Notes under the pieces: generated by a model | The model's input: only the letters and a program-made list of their open reading frames with translations | What the model was told of the DNA's origin: nothing | Databases searched by the model: none | Part shown: positions 26,083 through 35,942 of the stretch, piece after piece | Position numbering within the stretch: the first letter of the stretch is position 1 | How the letters are laid out: the number at the start of each line of letters is the position of its first letter | Position numbers and translations under genes: made by a program | Virus record (IMG/VR): IMGVR_UViG_3300035670_010555 | Location: 32,001-96,000 of that record | Strand: one strand, 5' to 3' | DNA: 64,000 bases | From: a virus

Positions 26083-28858
26083 GTTTTTCCTCCCACCCTT
26101 CTTCAGCTAAATCATACATGTAATTAGGACTCAATCCTCTCTTTTCCCAGTATTTGAGTTCTAACTCAGTAATATCTAACACGTCTTCTTGTAATCTATC
26201 TTGGTCACCTTCAGATAATGGGTGTCCATTTATCAATTCACATTGAGACGTTGTGAAGATTCCCCTTTTCTCAGGGTCACTCACAATTAAACCATTTCTC
26301 ACTTCATCTTGAAACACAACCATTAGAGGTTCAATTCGTTTGTTGAATGTTACTATCGCTCTCGGTACATTATAATCACCAGTCAAGGTTGGGTCATTGC
26401 TCAAAATATCTTTGTCTAACATATAACAGTTGACTATAACCCCATCTTTTACTTCAGGGGACTTTGGGTCTTGGAGTTTATTTGCAACATTCAAATCTTT
26501 TAGTTGTTTTACCGTCATCTTTTGAACATCTCCTTGAGAAGCCTTTGTACCATTATTAACATACATGATTACATCACCCAAGTTAACATTCAGTCCTTCT
26601 TGGATTGCAAGTTCCATGTGTGCCATACGAGACATACTATTGCCCGACTTAGTTTTGGTCGTTAATCTTTTCTTGTACTCATCAATAGTTAACTTCACTT
26701 TTGCCCTCTGTGCGATTTTGGAAAGAGGAATTTTTTTGTCATATATTGTCTGAAGATACTCGTAATAGTATTCAACGAACCCTTTCCCGTCCCCTTGTAA
26801 TAACATCTTGATACCTTTATCCAAAAACTCTTCAATATAGATTGGAAGTTTTTTTGACTTGATACTGTTACCCGTGAGTTTAATTTTACCCTTCGCATCC
26901 ATAACCGCATAGTTCTTACGAGCCAAGTTAATACACGATGGCCAAACGCCATCAGTATCCAAAGCCATCTCACCTCTCATGAATATGTCATTATATTCTG
27001 CAACGTCTGCTTCAGGTCCATAATATTCTTTACCCAACTTAACTTTCCAATTCAAACCACGTCCAACATAAACTCTATTCTTAGCATCCTCAGGTGTAGA
27101 AAAGTTCACACCATCAGTATCCATCACCAGTGGAACATATCCTTTGGTCATAAAAAACTTAATCATCTGACGAAGATACTGTCTTCCCGTGCACGTAATT
27201 TGTTCTCCCATATACATGTCACCCCAAGCATAAACCTGAGGAGCCGACAATGCACCGAACATGGAGTTAATAAAGATTTTAATAGGTAATTGTTTGTTAC
27301 CGTAAGACTCAGATTTTTTTCTGTCTGTTTCGTAGTATTGTTCCGCCAAGTTTTTGTATTTGATACGAGTATCTCGGAACCACTTCAACATACCTTTCAT
27401 CGCACCCGTGACATCACAGTCAGGGAATACGTCATGTACCAACTGAATGGAGGGGTATAGAGACGAGAAGTCAAGCTTGAGTACGTCCTTACTATATCCC
27501 ACCTTAAGTAGTCGTGAAAGACCTCCAACGAAGTCAGTCTTAGATTCTTTTGCGGGGATTGCAATGTTATGTTTATAAGACCAAGCCATCATCAACATCT
27601 TCCACAAAGTTGCGGTACCCATAGTAGATACTCTCTCATAGGTAGTTGGAATCATCGCAGCAAGCAAGAATGAACCTTGGTTGAATTCTTGGTCAACTTT
27701 CAAGGTCTCGTCCAAGTCATCGTCAAGATATCGTTCTACCAAGTTGTCTCCTGTTACTTTAAGATAAACATCAGTTCTCTCTTCACAAATCTTGTCTATC
27801 TTGGGGTCTTGTCCAACTTTGCGATAGTTACCATTTTGAGTATTCAACCAAAACTCTTCTTTCTTAGCATAAAACGGACCGATGTCCAAGTGGTCAATAT
27901 AAACTCGGTCAGGTGCCTCAGCGTTAATATATTGTGTAATATACTTCAAACCCGCAGACTTGATACTTGAATTGATTGCTTGTGCTCGTCTTACCGCGTG
28001 AATAATATCAATCACATTGTAACCCCAAATGGAAGTCTGAGTATACAACTCAACTTCGTTCGCAAGTTTCAACATACCCTCTTTTCTTGTGAATGAATGT
28101 TGGGGGTGTAGGGAACGACAAATCTTCTTTGGGTCAATACCCAAGATTTTACATCGTTCAAATATCCAATGCCAGTCAAAGTTTGCTGAGTTATATCCAC
28201 CAATAATACTTGGTTTCAACTCGTCAATAATATTAAAAAATTCTATGATGGCACCTCTTTCTTGAGATTCATCAATACATTCGATAACCTTATGATATCC
28301 TTTGTTGGTTTTGATTCCAATCATGAATATACGACCGTCTTTGGGCTCCAATGCGGTCGTTTCCAAGTCAAATACCAAACGGGTTACTTGATTATAATCT
28401 TCAAATCCTTTGAACAATCTTTTTTCTTTTGAAACAAGATATTGTTCTACCGGAGATAAAATCATTATTTTTTCTTTTGTCTTTTCACCCCACGGATCAC
28501 ACCCTCCTTCTCTGAAAAATTGAATGAGTTCGCGGTATCCTTTCAGAGATTTAACCATAAAGGTCATTCCTCTTTCTAATCTTTCATTGCCGTGTGTGTC
28601 AAGTTTTTCAATCATGATACCATGTTTGGTCATGGCTTCCTTCTGAGCGGCTTTTGAACCACCATAAAAGTTGATGTCTCGTAAATCACCAACCCATGCG
28701 AATGGTGTAAATGTATCCTTACGGATCTCTTTACCCTTACCAGGAATTTCTTTGATTTTGTAGATGGAGTTGGAAGCGTAGTCGAATTCGATTGCGACTA
28801 TAAATTCTTCAGGGTCATTTCCGTGTAGAAACGATTCAATTTCTTTTTCTGTAAACAT
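26069..28858 (-). CDS. polB: Family B DNA polymerase with 3'-5' exonuclease
   Basis: ExoI FDLET, ExoII GYNSANFDW, ExoIII YLDDD; Pol motifs DFSSLYPS, KIFINSMFG, MDTDG, KNY. Confidence 0.95.
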   Translation of the reverse strand: MFTEKEIESFLHGNDPEEFIVAIEFDYASNSIYKIKEIPGKGKEIRKDTFTPFAWVGDLRDINFYGGSKAAQKEAMTKHGIMIEKLDTHGNERLERGMTFMVKSLKGYRELIQFFREGGCDPWGEKTKEKIMILSPVEQYLVSKEKRLFKGFEDYNQVTRLVFDLETTALEPKDGRIFMIGIKTNKGYHKVIECIDESQERGAIIEFFNIIDELKPSIIGGYNSANFDWHWIFERCKILGIDPKKICRSLHPQHSFTRKEGMLKLANEVELYTQTSIWGYNVIDIIHAVRRAQAINSSIKSAGLKYITQYINAEAPDRVYIDHLDIGPFYAKKEEFWLNTQNGNYRKVGQDPKIDKICEERTDVYLKVTGDNLVERYLDDDLDETLKVDQEFNQGSFLLAAMIPTTYERVSTMGTATLWKMLMMAWSYKHNIAIPAKESKTDFVGGLSRLLKVGYSKDVLKLDFSSLYPSIQLVHDVFPDCDVTGAMKGMLKWFRDTRIKYKNLAEQYYETDRKKSESYGNKQLPIKIFINSMFGALSAPQVYAWGDMYMGEQITCTGRQYLRQMIKFFMTKGYVPLVMDTDGVNFSTPEDAKNRVYVGRGLNWKVKLGKEYYGPEADVAEYNDIFMRGEMALDTDGVWPSCINLARKNYAVMDAKGKIKLTGNSIKSKKLPIYIEEFLDKGIKMLLQGDGKGFVEYYYEYLQTIYDKKIPLSKIAQRAKVKLTIDEYKKRLTTKTKSGNSMSRMAHMELAIQEGLNVNLGDVIMYVNNGTKASQGDVQKMTVKQLKDLNVANKLQDPKSPEVKDGVIVNCYMLDKDILSNDPTLTGDYNVPRAIVTFNKRIEPLMVVFQDEVRNGLIVSDPEKRGIFTTSQCELINGHPLSEGDQDRLQEDVLDITELELKYWEKRGLSPNYMYDLAEEGWEEKLMTV

Positions 28859-28862
28859 TGTC

Positions 28863-28924
28863 TATATACGAGTGGTTTATTGGCTTTCACACTAACGTGA
28901 AGTTTACCTTGCTCATCGTATATA
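28863..28924 (-). promoter_or_regulatory. Structured 5' leader of polB (candidate translational operator)
   Basis: Outer stem TATATACGA/TCGTATATA and inner stem TTCAC/GTGAA; ends 4 nt before the ATG. Confidence 0.5.
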
Positions 28925-28961
28925 AATATTAAACAAATTTATAGACTTATCAAATAGCGGG

Positions 28962-29459
28962 TTATAATAAAAGTTTTGGACTATTTTTGTTTTCCTTTGT
29001 CGTCATCAAATAAGAACCATTTTTTGAAAAAGCTGAAGTAATGATTTTATAATTTTTCAAATCATCTGCTAACACAATAAACTCCAAATAGTTCATAAAG
29101 TACGGTAATCCCAAATCATCTCCTACTTCTTTGATTACTGAAATAGTATTATTTGGTCTTACTAAATCTAACTTTGACATTTTATTTTTTATTTTATCAA
29201 AGTCGTCAATAAAAATACTTCCAATTAATTTATTGGGGGCTCCGACTCTTTCAAAAAATTTTGGGTTGTTAGCAAAATTATAATCGTAAATTTCCACAAT
29301 TTCGTCAAGAGATTTATTTCCTTGTCGTTGATTCCATTGATGGTATGTTGCAGACAAATTTATCAAAAATTTATCATGAACAAAACTCACAATAGGTAAC
29401 GACCCATCAGGTTTTACTTGTTCTAAAATTAAATCGGATAATAGTCGGGTTAGTTTCAT
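28962..29459 (-). CDS. Hypothetical protein
   Basis: 165-aa ORF; N-terminal MKLTRLLSDLILE leader. Confidence 0.6.
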   Translation of the reverse strand: MKLTRLLSDLILEQVKPDGSLPIVSFVHDKFLINLSATYHQWNQRQGNKSLDEIVEIYDYNFANNPKFFERVGAPNKLIGSIFIDDFDKIKNKMSKLDLVRPNNTISVIKEVGDDLGLPYFMNYLEFIVLADDLKNYKIITSAFSKNGSYLMTTKENKNSPKLLL

Positions 29460-29462
29460 AAA

Positions 29463-29840
29463 TTAACAACATGCCGTTTCTGATATGAAACTATCTTGAA
29501 TATTTATGTATAATTCTTCCCTAATTGGTAATATTAAATTACCCTCATCATTTCTAATTAAAAATTGCCCTTGATATCTGCCAATCGTATTTGTATCTCT
29601 TGAACTGAACTTGAAATAAATATAATACTCAGGAGCTGCCCCCAAAGGTAGAATTAAATTAACGATTTCACACGGTGCGGAAACAATCTTAGGAATACCT
29701 GTTTCCACATCAATCATAGTAAAAAATATTGTCGAGACCTCAAGGTCTTCCATGAGTTGTTGGTAACCCGCTCTTCCATCCTTTACTACCTGCATTTTTA
29801 ATACAGGGAGAGTTGCGTTCTTTTTAATATAAAATTCCAT
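29463..29840 (-). CDS. BppU-like baseplate/fibre attachment domain protein (start revised to MEFYIKKN)
   Basis: FYIKKNATLPVLKM...IFFTM...YFKFSSRDTNTIGRYQGQF pattern; TATTTAT motif just upstream of the ATG at 29840. Confidence 0.6.
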   Translation of the reverse strand: MEFYIKKNATLPVLKMQVVKDGRAGYQQLMEDLEVSTIFFTMIDVETGIPKIVSAPCEIVNLILPLGAAPEYYIYFKFSSRDTNTIGRYQGQFLIRNDEGNLILPIREELYINIQDSFISETACC

Positions 29841-29856
29841 AACAATAAATATACTG

Positions 29857-31533
29857 TTATGACTCTTTACGAAGCCCCCTATCGTAATGTTCAAATCTAT
29901 CGTGCTCCGTTGGTGTTAATAACAACAATGCGGGATTTAATTCTCCTTTTTTGACAAGTTGATACATGTGTGACATCCACGTTTGTTCAAACGGGTGTGC
30001 CCAAGTTGTGTCTAAGAACATCTTTTGATTCCCTGTTCTACTAACAATTTGAGGCCAATTGCAATAATAGACCTCACCCGCAGCGTATGGAAGTCCTTTG
30101 TGGGACAAGACTTTGTTGAATTGTGTTTTAGGGGCATTTGGGTCTAACCCAATTTCAGGTAGTCGTGGTTTACCCGGCCAAAATTCTGTCCTAACATGTT
30201 GTGGAACATTATACCAAGACCACTGAGTACCGTTATCACCATAAAATTCAGAATAATTAAGTTTCAAGAAATCGAAGTTTTCTTTTTTAATAATCTCCAA
30301 AGACTTACTGTACAGATTTGGAACGTACCTATTAAAACCATTTCTACAAACTTCACCTTCATTTGGATAAAAAAACATATCATCCTCAAAAAATAAATAA
30401 TAGTCCAAATCCGTTTCATTTTGAAAGTGCTCGGCAATCCATTGTCTTCCCCCACATATTCCCAAATTATCTTTTTTAATATGTTCAAATCCAAATTCTT
30501 CACAAATCTCAGAATATTCTGAGGTAGTTGTCAAATCACTTGAATTATCTAGTAAAAATTTACTTGTTTTATTAAGGTAATCTTTATCGTAAGCCAACAT
30601 CGAATCAATCAAGGTCATAAATTGGTTTGGGCTATTGAATGTGATAACATACAAACCGACTTTGTTTGTATCCAAATTATTTACAACTTGTACTGAACTT
30701 TCATTTTTGGATTTCAAGTTATCATTTTTTAAGTCCTCAAAGAATTTACCAACAAGTCCATTCCCTTCAATTTCAAAGTAATTGAAAAGGTCAGAATGTT
30801 TATAACACATGATACTGAATATAGATTCTTCAGTACCCATGTATCCTTCCTCTAAAGTACTTTTTAACAATCCATAATAAATTCCATTAACATCACCAAT
30901 TGTGTGTTTAGGACCTCCAAAAAAACCACCTCTTGCAACTTTTGTCACTTTATTGCCGGCAATATAATTTAACTTATTATATTCAAATCCATGAATTTCC
31001 CTCTCCGCTCCGTATGGAAAACAAATAAATGAAAATTTGGAAATGTATTTAGATAAGTTATTAAGAACTTTATCATGAGTGAAATAACCTGGATGTACTG
31101 TATTAGTTAATCCACCATCAATCCAAAACATATACTCCGAGTTGAACTGGTCCATAATTTTAGCATCATGTAACAAAAACATTTTGGACATTACTAATGG
31201 ATTGTAGTTTTCTAAACGACCTTGTGTCGATTCTTTTAACCACCCAACTTGGTCATACCACTCAGAACTTGTTCTAATTTTTTGAATTAAAGGAAAAAAC
31301 TCTGAATTGGTAAACCAGCTAAGTGGTCGCACAATAAATTGTGTGTTTTCGGTATTACGTCTTTCAAAAACGAAAGATTTCAGATCTTCGTCTCCAAATA
31401 TAATAAGGTTTTCTTCAACCTTTAATAACTGGTCGAATTTATCCAAATAATGCTGGTAGGATCTACTCCATCCTTCGGTTAATTCTCCTCGACCGATGTC
31501 CCAAATACCTGTAACTAAAGTTATATTACTCAT
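29857..31533 (-). CDS. HtrL/YibB-like domain fused to a GT-A (GT2-like) glycosyltransferase domain
   Basis: TLVTGIWDIGR..RSYQHYLDKF, FWIDGG, GGFFGG, GTEESI; C-terminal YVITFN...NLGICGGR...FFEDD. Confidence 0.65.
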   Translation of the reverse strand: MSNITLVTGIWDIGRGELTEGWSRSYQHYLDKFDQLLKVEENLIIFGDEDLKSFVFERRNTENTQFIVRPLSWFTNSEFFPLIQKIRTSSEWYDQVGWLKESTQGRLENYNPLVMSKMFLLHDAKIMDQFNSEYMFWIDGGLTNTVHPGYFTHDKVLNNLSKYISKFSFICFPYGAEREIHGFEYNKLNYIAGNKVTKVARGGFFGGPKHTIGDVNGIYYGLLKSTLEEGYMGTEESIFSIMCYKHSDLFNYFEIEGNGLVGKFFEDLKNDNLKSKNESSVQVVNNLDTNKVGLYVITFNSPNQFMTLIDSMLAYDKDYLNKTSKFLLDNSSDLTTTSEYSEICEEFGFEHIKKDNLGICGGRQWIAEHFQNETDLDYYLFFEDDMFFYPNEGEVCRNGFNRYVPNLYSKSLEIIKKENFDFLKLNYSEFYGDNGTQWSWYNVPQHVRTEFWPGKPRLPEIGLDPNAPKTQFNKVLSHKGLPYAAGEVYYCNWPQIVSRTGNQKMFLDTTWAHPFEQTWMSHMYQLVKKGELNPALLLLTPTEHDRFEHYDRGLRKES

Positions 31534-32407
31534 ATATTCTGTTAAATTCTTCTAAGATTTTATAAAAACTTTTATTTTGTTGGAACAATTCTTCGGAAGT
31601 TCCCCTTGGAGCGTTATCTCTACACCACCAAATATCAAAATGTTTTCGTTCAAAAAGTTCTTTATGGTTATAATACATTAGAGTCATTACAGTTTCTTCA
31701 TGAGGTATACCCTTATCTTCAGGTATAATTTTACTAATATAATTTTCGAACAAAGTGACAACTTCATCCCACTTGCTCTTATGTCCCCCAAACAAACCAC
31801 CAATTATATGTAACCCTCTATCGTATTCTTTGTACCACTTTCTATCAACGGTTCCCGACCAAAAATTTCTATCATTTTCCTTTCCGATAATGATAAATTT
31901 ATCTTTCGTGTCTTCAATTAAATTTTTTAAGAACTCGTTATTGAATAATGAACTTTCATAGTATCTTCTAACAAGACCGTCATGAGTTAAATATTTTAAG
32001 GGTATTAACCCACAATGGGACAAGCCGGCATCAATCCAATAGTAATAATCATATGATTTATCTTCATTCCACCACCAGTGGAATTTGGAGTATTGTATTT
32101 CGATGCACCTATCAGACTTTTTAGATTCTTCAATATTTTTATATTGATTTATCAAATCCTTAAATTTAGTTTGAGAAATATCAAAAATCTGAAATTTTAA
32201 TTTTTCGGGGGATATTTGATTTTCTTCATAAAAAAATTTTTGTAGTGACTCTATTTCTCGATTTGAGGTATAACACAAAAAATCGGCATCAGTCATTTTG
32301 AGTAATGACAATAGACTAAACCTGTAGTGTCCTCCCCTATTAATTCTTCCACCATATTCGGTACCATAAAGGTCACTATATATTGAAGTTATAAATTTAA
32401 CTTTCAT
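31526..32407 (-). CDS. HtrL/YibB-like putative glycosyltransferase
   Basis: YSKF, YYWIDAG, IIGGLFGG, HEETVM; paralogous to the N-terminal half of the next gene. Confidence 0.55.
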   Translation of the reverse strand: MKVKFITSIYSDLYGTEYGGRINRGGHYRFSLLSLLKMTDADFLCYTSNREIESLQKFFYEENQISPEKLKFQIFDISQTKFKDLINQYKNIEESKKSDRCIEIQYSKFHWWWNEDKSYDYYYWIDAGLSHCGLIPLKYLTHDGLVRRYYESSLFNNEFLKNLIEDTKDKFIIIGKENDRNFWSGTVDRKWYKEYDRGLHIIGGLFGGHKSKWDEVVTLFENYISKIIPEDKGIPHEETVMTLMYYNHKELFERKHFDIWWCRDNAPRGTSEELFQQNKSFYKILEEFNRIYE

Positions 32408-33143
32408 AGTAAAATTTGCGATGTTCGTTTTTATCTTTTATTTCCTGTACTTGAAACTGGTCCATAAACTCGTGGGGTATTTTTATTGGGGTCCATCGAT
32501 TCCAATTATAAGTTTGCATATACCAATTGTTATATACTCCTTCAGAAATATTTGAATAATTTGTTTTCTGAGGTGCAATTGGTAGTATGGGACAATAACT
32601 CTGATACTTGTCAACTATAAATTTGTAGGTATAGTCATCTAAAGCAAAAAAGTATTCTCCACTATTTGTAAACGCGGTCAATGCTATGTCAAATATTTTG
32701 TCGTAAATTGATTCGTCGTAAATTACCATGTTTGCACCATAAATCCCTCTAGCTTCAGGAGGAGCTTCAGGTGTGTTTGTCATGTCAAATAGGATATCAT
32801 AATCCTTACTCACATTGATTGGTCTATTTTGTGTTGGGGACAAATTGAACATGGCAAACTCCAAGTTCGGACATGATTCTTCGATTTTAGTTAACAAATC
32901 TTTTGCATAAGGCATAAATCCGCAATCATCCTCAATCATCATTACTCTTGGGTATTTCTTTTCCTTAGCAATTTTAATAATCTCAAAAGTGGATTTGGTA
33001 ATGCCCATATATGAGTTTGTGTCTATTGCCGAAAACCTTTCAAAGTCCCACCCAATATATTCCATTTCCTTGGTTATAGATTCCATCCTATCTGGTCTCC
33101 TATCCAAGTTTATTACAAACTTTGGTATTTCTGAAAAGTTCAT
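32397..33143 (-). CDS. GT25-like glycosyltransferase
   Basis: VINLDRRPDR, FERFSAID, MIEDD. Confidence 0.75.
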   Translation of the reverse strand: MNFSEIPKFVINLDRRPDRMESITKEMEYIGWDFERFSAIDTNSYMGITKSTFEIIKIAKEKKYPRVMMIEDDCGFMPYAKDLLTKIEESCPNLEFAMFNLSPTQNRPINVSKDYDILFDMTNTPEAPPEARGIYGANMVIYDESIYDKIFDIALTAFTNSGEYFFALDDYTYKFIVDKYQSYCPILPIAPQKTNYSNISEGVYNNWYMQTYNWNRWTPIKIPHEFMDQFQVQEIKDKNEHRKFYYES

Positions 33144-34405
33144 TAACTAACGTGATTGTGGTTTAGTTGCCCTGTTAATCTATCACACCAACCTTTGGAC
33201 ACCGAGTGAGGCCACACAACCCAATGTGTTGGTAATACTGTTGTTGGGAATTCTCTCCACACCTTACAATATTTGTCAGGGTCTCTAAAAAAACCGGCAA
33301 TTTCATTCTTGTCCGCATCTCTTCTATAAATGGTTTCATCGTTTGGACCGTGGAATGCGACCACCCAAAAATCGTAATCCTTTTCAGGAACGCTTGAATA
33401 CCCAATATCAATACAATGTTTATAAATGGTTGAAAAACTTTTTTTCCATTCTTCTTCATCTTCAATAACAGGACTTGGCGCGTATTTTTTATCCAAACAA
33501 TGTTGGTCAACCGCTCTTTTTTCAAATAATAAACCAGCGTATCTTTCGTAATCCCGTAATGTTCTCACAGTTCCGAATCCGTAAGGACCATCATGACCTT
33601 CTTGAGTTTCACCATCCATACCAAATAATTTTCTATTTGTTAGGTGAGATTTTTTATTTTTTTCACCCCACGTTTTATCGTCATCCCATTGTTTGGTTCT
33701 GCCTTTACGAGTGTATTCGTGATACACAACAGGAATGTGTGGGTGGAACAAATCGTAACCCCAAGTATATGCTCTCGCGGCAATTGAAATTTCTTCTCCG
33801 TGAAAATAGTATTCAGGATTGTGTTGTACTTCAGTTGAGAATTGTCCGAGTGTGAAACAGAAGTGAGCTGAATAGAATCTTGCGGTAACAGGTTTTGTCA
33901 TCTCTTTCCATCCTGGTATTGTTTCAGGTAAAAAGAATACCGCTCCTTCAGGAATAAATCTATCAAAAGCCATTCTCCAAGCGTCTTGTGCACGACCTGC
34001 AGGGTCATTTTCAGGATCGAATGAAGGAACATAACCTGTCAACAAAGGTTTCTTATATCCATCCTTTTGTAATCCTTTAATCATTTTGATTAATACATCA
34101 TCCCAATCTTTGATGAATCTCATATGAGAATCAATTTGAAGTGTGTATGTTTCACCATCATATAGTTGTTGAGTTAAATTTCTTGCCCAACAAACTCCTT
34201 TAGATTCTTGATATGGAATGTCCAATATTTTGAATCGTTTATCTTTTCTAAACTCATCTAAATTATCGAATCCATCTGATTCACTGTATTGTCTCGCAAT
34301 TCCGAAAACCAAGTTATTCGGTTTTTTTGCATTTGAAATCATGTCTTTTAATGTCGGAACCAACTGTGGATCTCTGTAGGAAGCAATTTGAATAAAAATT
34401 TTCAT
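33143..34405 (-). CDS. GT60-family polypeptide alpha-GlcNAc transferase (Gnt1/Gnt2-like)
   Basis: IFIQIASYRDP, SKGVCWAR, LQIDSHMRF (DSH motif), FHGEEISIAARAYTWGYD, VYHEY. Confidence 0.8.
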   Translation of the reverse strand: MKIFIQIASYRDPQLVPTLKDMISNAKKPNNLVFGIARQYSESDGFDNLDEFRKDKRFKILDIPYQESKGVCWARNLTQQLYDGETYTLQIDSHMRFIKDWDDVLIKMIKGLQKDGYKKPLLTGYVPSFDPENDPAGRAQDAWRMAFDRFIPEGAVFFLPETIPGWKEMTKPVTARFYSAHFCFTLGQFSTEVQHNPEYYFHGEEISIAARAYTWGYDLFHPHIPVVYHEYTRKGRTKQWDDDKTWGEKNKKSHLTNRKLFGMDGETQEGHDGPYGFGTVRTLRDYERYAGLLFEKRAVDQHCLDKKYAPSPVIEDEEEWKKSFSTIYKHCIDIGYSSVPEKDYDFWVVAFHGPNDETIYRRDADKNEIAGFFRDPDKYCKVWREFPTTVLPTHWVVWPHSVSKGWCDRLTGQLNHNHVS

Positions 34406-34430
34406 TTGAAATATATTTTATCCTAAAAGT

Positions 34431-34461
34431 AAAAAACCCTCCGACAAAGTGGAGGGTTTTT
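34431..34461. terminator. Bidirectional intrinsic terminator
   Basis: AAAAAACCCTCC-GACAAAGT-GGAGGGTTTTT. Confidence 0.75.
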
Positions 34462-34486
34462 GAATATATATTAATGTTTTTTATTT

Positions 34487-35320
34487 TTAAGATGAAGATG
34501 GTGTAGGTGTCATAGTAGGAGTTTCGGTTGGAGTACTTGTTGCTGTCTCACTTGGTGTGTTGGTTGGAGTTTCAGTTGGAGTCTCGGTAGGAGTTTCACT
34601 TGGAGTTCCTGAAGGTGTATTGGTAGGAGTCTCGGTAGGAGTTTCACTTGGAGTTCCTGAAGGTGTATTGGTAGGAGTTTCGGTTGGAGTCTCGGTAGGA
34701 GTTTCACTTGGAGTATTAGTAGGAGTTTCGGTTGGAGTCTCGGTAGGAGTTTCACTTGGAGTTCCTGAAGGTGTATTGGTAGGAGTTTCGGTAGGTGTAC
34801 TTGTTGGAGTTTCTGTAGGAGTATTAGTAGGAGTCTCGCTAGGAGTATTTGTTGGAGTTTCTGTAGGAGTACTTGTTGGAGTTTCGCTAGGAGTATTCGT
34901 TGGAGTTTCAGTTGGAGTTGGACTCGGTGTTTCTGTTGCGGTCACGCTCGGAGTTGGGGTCGATGTTTCAGTATTAGTTGGAGTCGGTGTAGGTGTTCCA
35001 GTTTCTGTTGCAGTCACGCTCGGAGTTGGAGTATTTGTAGGGGTTTCAGTTGGTGTCATTGTTGGAGATGGCGTCAGCGTTGGAGATGGTGTTGGTGTGT
35101 TAGTTGCAGAAATTGGAGGAAACGCACCTTCATCTACAAATGAAACTGCAGATTTGAATGCCGATGCAATTGTATAGGTCCCATCGATAACCCAAATATT
35201 TTTCGTTTGATTAGGTAATAATTCAACTTGATAATCCCAAAAAGAATCATCACATCTTCGATAACTAAAGTTTACTACAGTTGAACCTGTATTTGTAAGA
35301 ATGTATTTACTGCAAGCCAT
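34487..35320 (-). CDS. Mucin-like protein: small Cys-containing N-terminal domain plus ~200 aa of TP(T/S)(E/N) repeats
   Basis: [14 protein letters not shown]...RRCDD domain followed by [12 protein letters not shown] repeats. Confidence 0.85.
   Translation of the reverse strand: MACSKYILTNTGSTVVNFSYRRCDDSFWDYQVELLPNQTKNIWVIDGTYTIASAFKSAVSFVDEGAFPPISATNTPTPSPTLTPSPTMTPTETPTNTPTPSVTATETGTPTPTPTNTETSTPTPSVTATETPSPTPTETPTNTPSETPTSTPTETPTNTPSETPTNTPTETPTSTPTETPTNTPSGTPSETPTETPTETPTNTPSETPTETPTETPTNTPSGTPSETPTETPTNTPSGTPSETPTETPTETPTNTPSETATSTPTETPTMTPTPSSS
34560..34920. repeat. Coding tandem repeat with a 12-bp base unit and 48-bp higher-order copies
   Basis: ggagtctcggtaggagtttcacttggagttcctgaaggtgtattggta at 34578 and 34626, with a further copy near 34734. 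Confidence 0.85.
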
Positions 35321-35346
35321 ATATTTTTATATTTTTTTTCGCTAAA

Positions 35347-35559
35347 TTATACTGGAGGAAAAACTCCGTCGTTAATCAAAGATATTGATGGCTTGAATAA
35401 TGGTGCCACAGTATACGTCCCGTCAGTTACCCAAATATTTTTTACTTGGTTTGGGGATAGCTGGATTTGATAGTCCCACATCGAATCGTCACATCTTCTA
35501 TAACTAAAATTTACTGATGTTGATCCTGTATTTGTAAGTGTATATTTACTACATGCCAT
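35347..35559 (-). CDS. Stand-alone paralog of the MACSKY domain (70 aa)
   Basis: Highly similar to the N-terminus of 34487-35320; has its own upstream TATTTAT motif. Confidence 0.75.
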   Translation of the reverse strand: MACSKYTLTNTGSTSVNFSYRRCDDSMWDYQIQLSPNQVKNIWVTDGTYTVAPLFKPSISLINDGVFPPV

Positions 35560-35622
35560 CGTTTATCTCATTTAATTTATAAATACAGCAAACAGTAGTA
35601 TTTTCCATTTTTTTTCCAAAAA

Positions 35623-35931
35623 TTATGAAGGTGTCACTGTTGGTGTCAACGTATTGGTCGGGGTTATAGTTGGTGTTGGCGTTTCTGTTGACGATGGGGT
35701 ATTTGTTGGGGTTATAGTTGGTGTTGGCGTTGGTCCTGAAATGACAAGAGAATACGTTGTACCATATGTTGGAACATAACAATTGTAAGTACCCAAATAG
35801 TAATCTGATAGATATTCGAATGGAAATACTTGAGTACCTAAATCAATAGTACCTCCAGATTCTGGCAAATACGTTACATTGGTTGTTAGACCACTCAAAT
35901 TATTACTTAATATTCTTACTCCAATTACCAT
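35623..35931 (-). CDS. Small beta-domain protein with a Thr/Pro tail
   Basis: C-terminal PTPTPTITPTNTPSSTETPTPTITPT. Confidence 0.7.
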   Translation of the reverse strand: MVIGVRILSNNLSGLTTNVTYLPESGGTIDLGTQVFPFEYLSDYYLGTYNCYVPTYGTTYSLVISGPTPTPTITPTNTPSSTETPTPTITPTNTLTPTVTPS

Positions 35932-35942
35932 ATCTATATATA

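Noticed and set aside
26069-28858. Intein or intron in the DNA polymerase
   Set aside because: All motifs are in one continuous frame; no intein splice-junction or LAGLIDADG motifs recognised
29841-29894. Track N-terminal extension of the BppU-like ORF
   Set aside because: Overlaps the upstream gene; the ATG at 29840 has the TATTTAT motif and fits the domain start
34510-34755. Alternative-frame KLLPRLQ repeat ORF
   Set aside because: Frame shadow of the same repeat, with no independent initiation signal
34557-35177. Plus-strand 206-aa VGVS-repeat ORF (and the similar 36834-37199 ORF)
   Set aside because: Antisense shadows of Thr/Pro repeats, which lack stops on the reverse strand
35549-35782. 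77-aa minus-strand ORF overlapping the PT-tail gene
   Set aside because: Alternative frame of the repeat, running across an intergenic region that carries the TATTTAT motif
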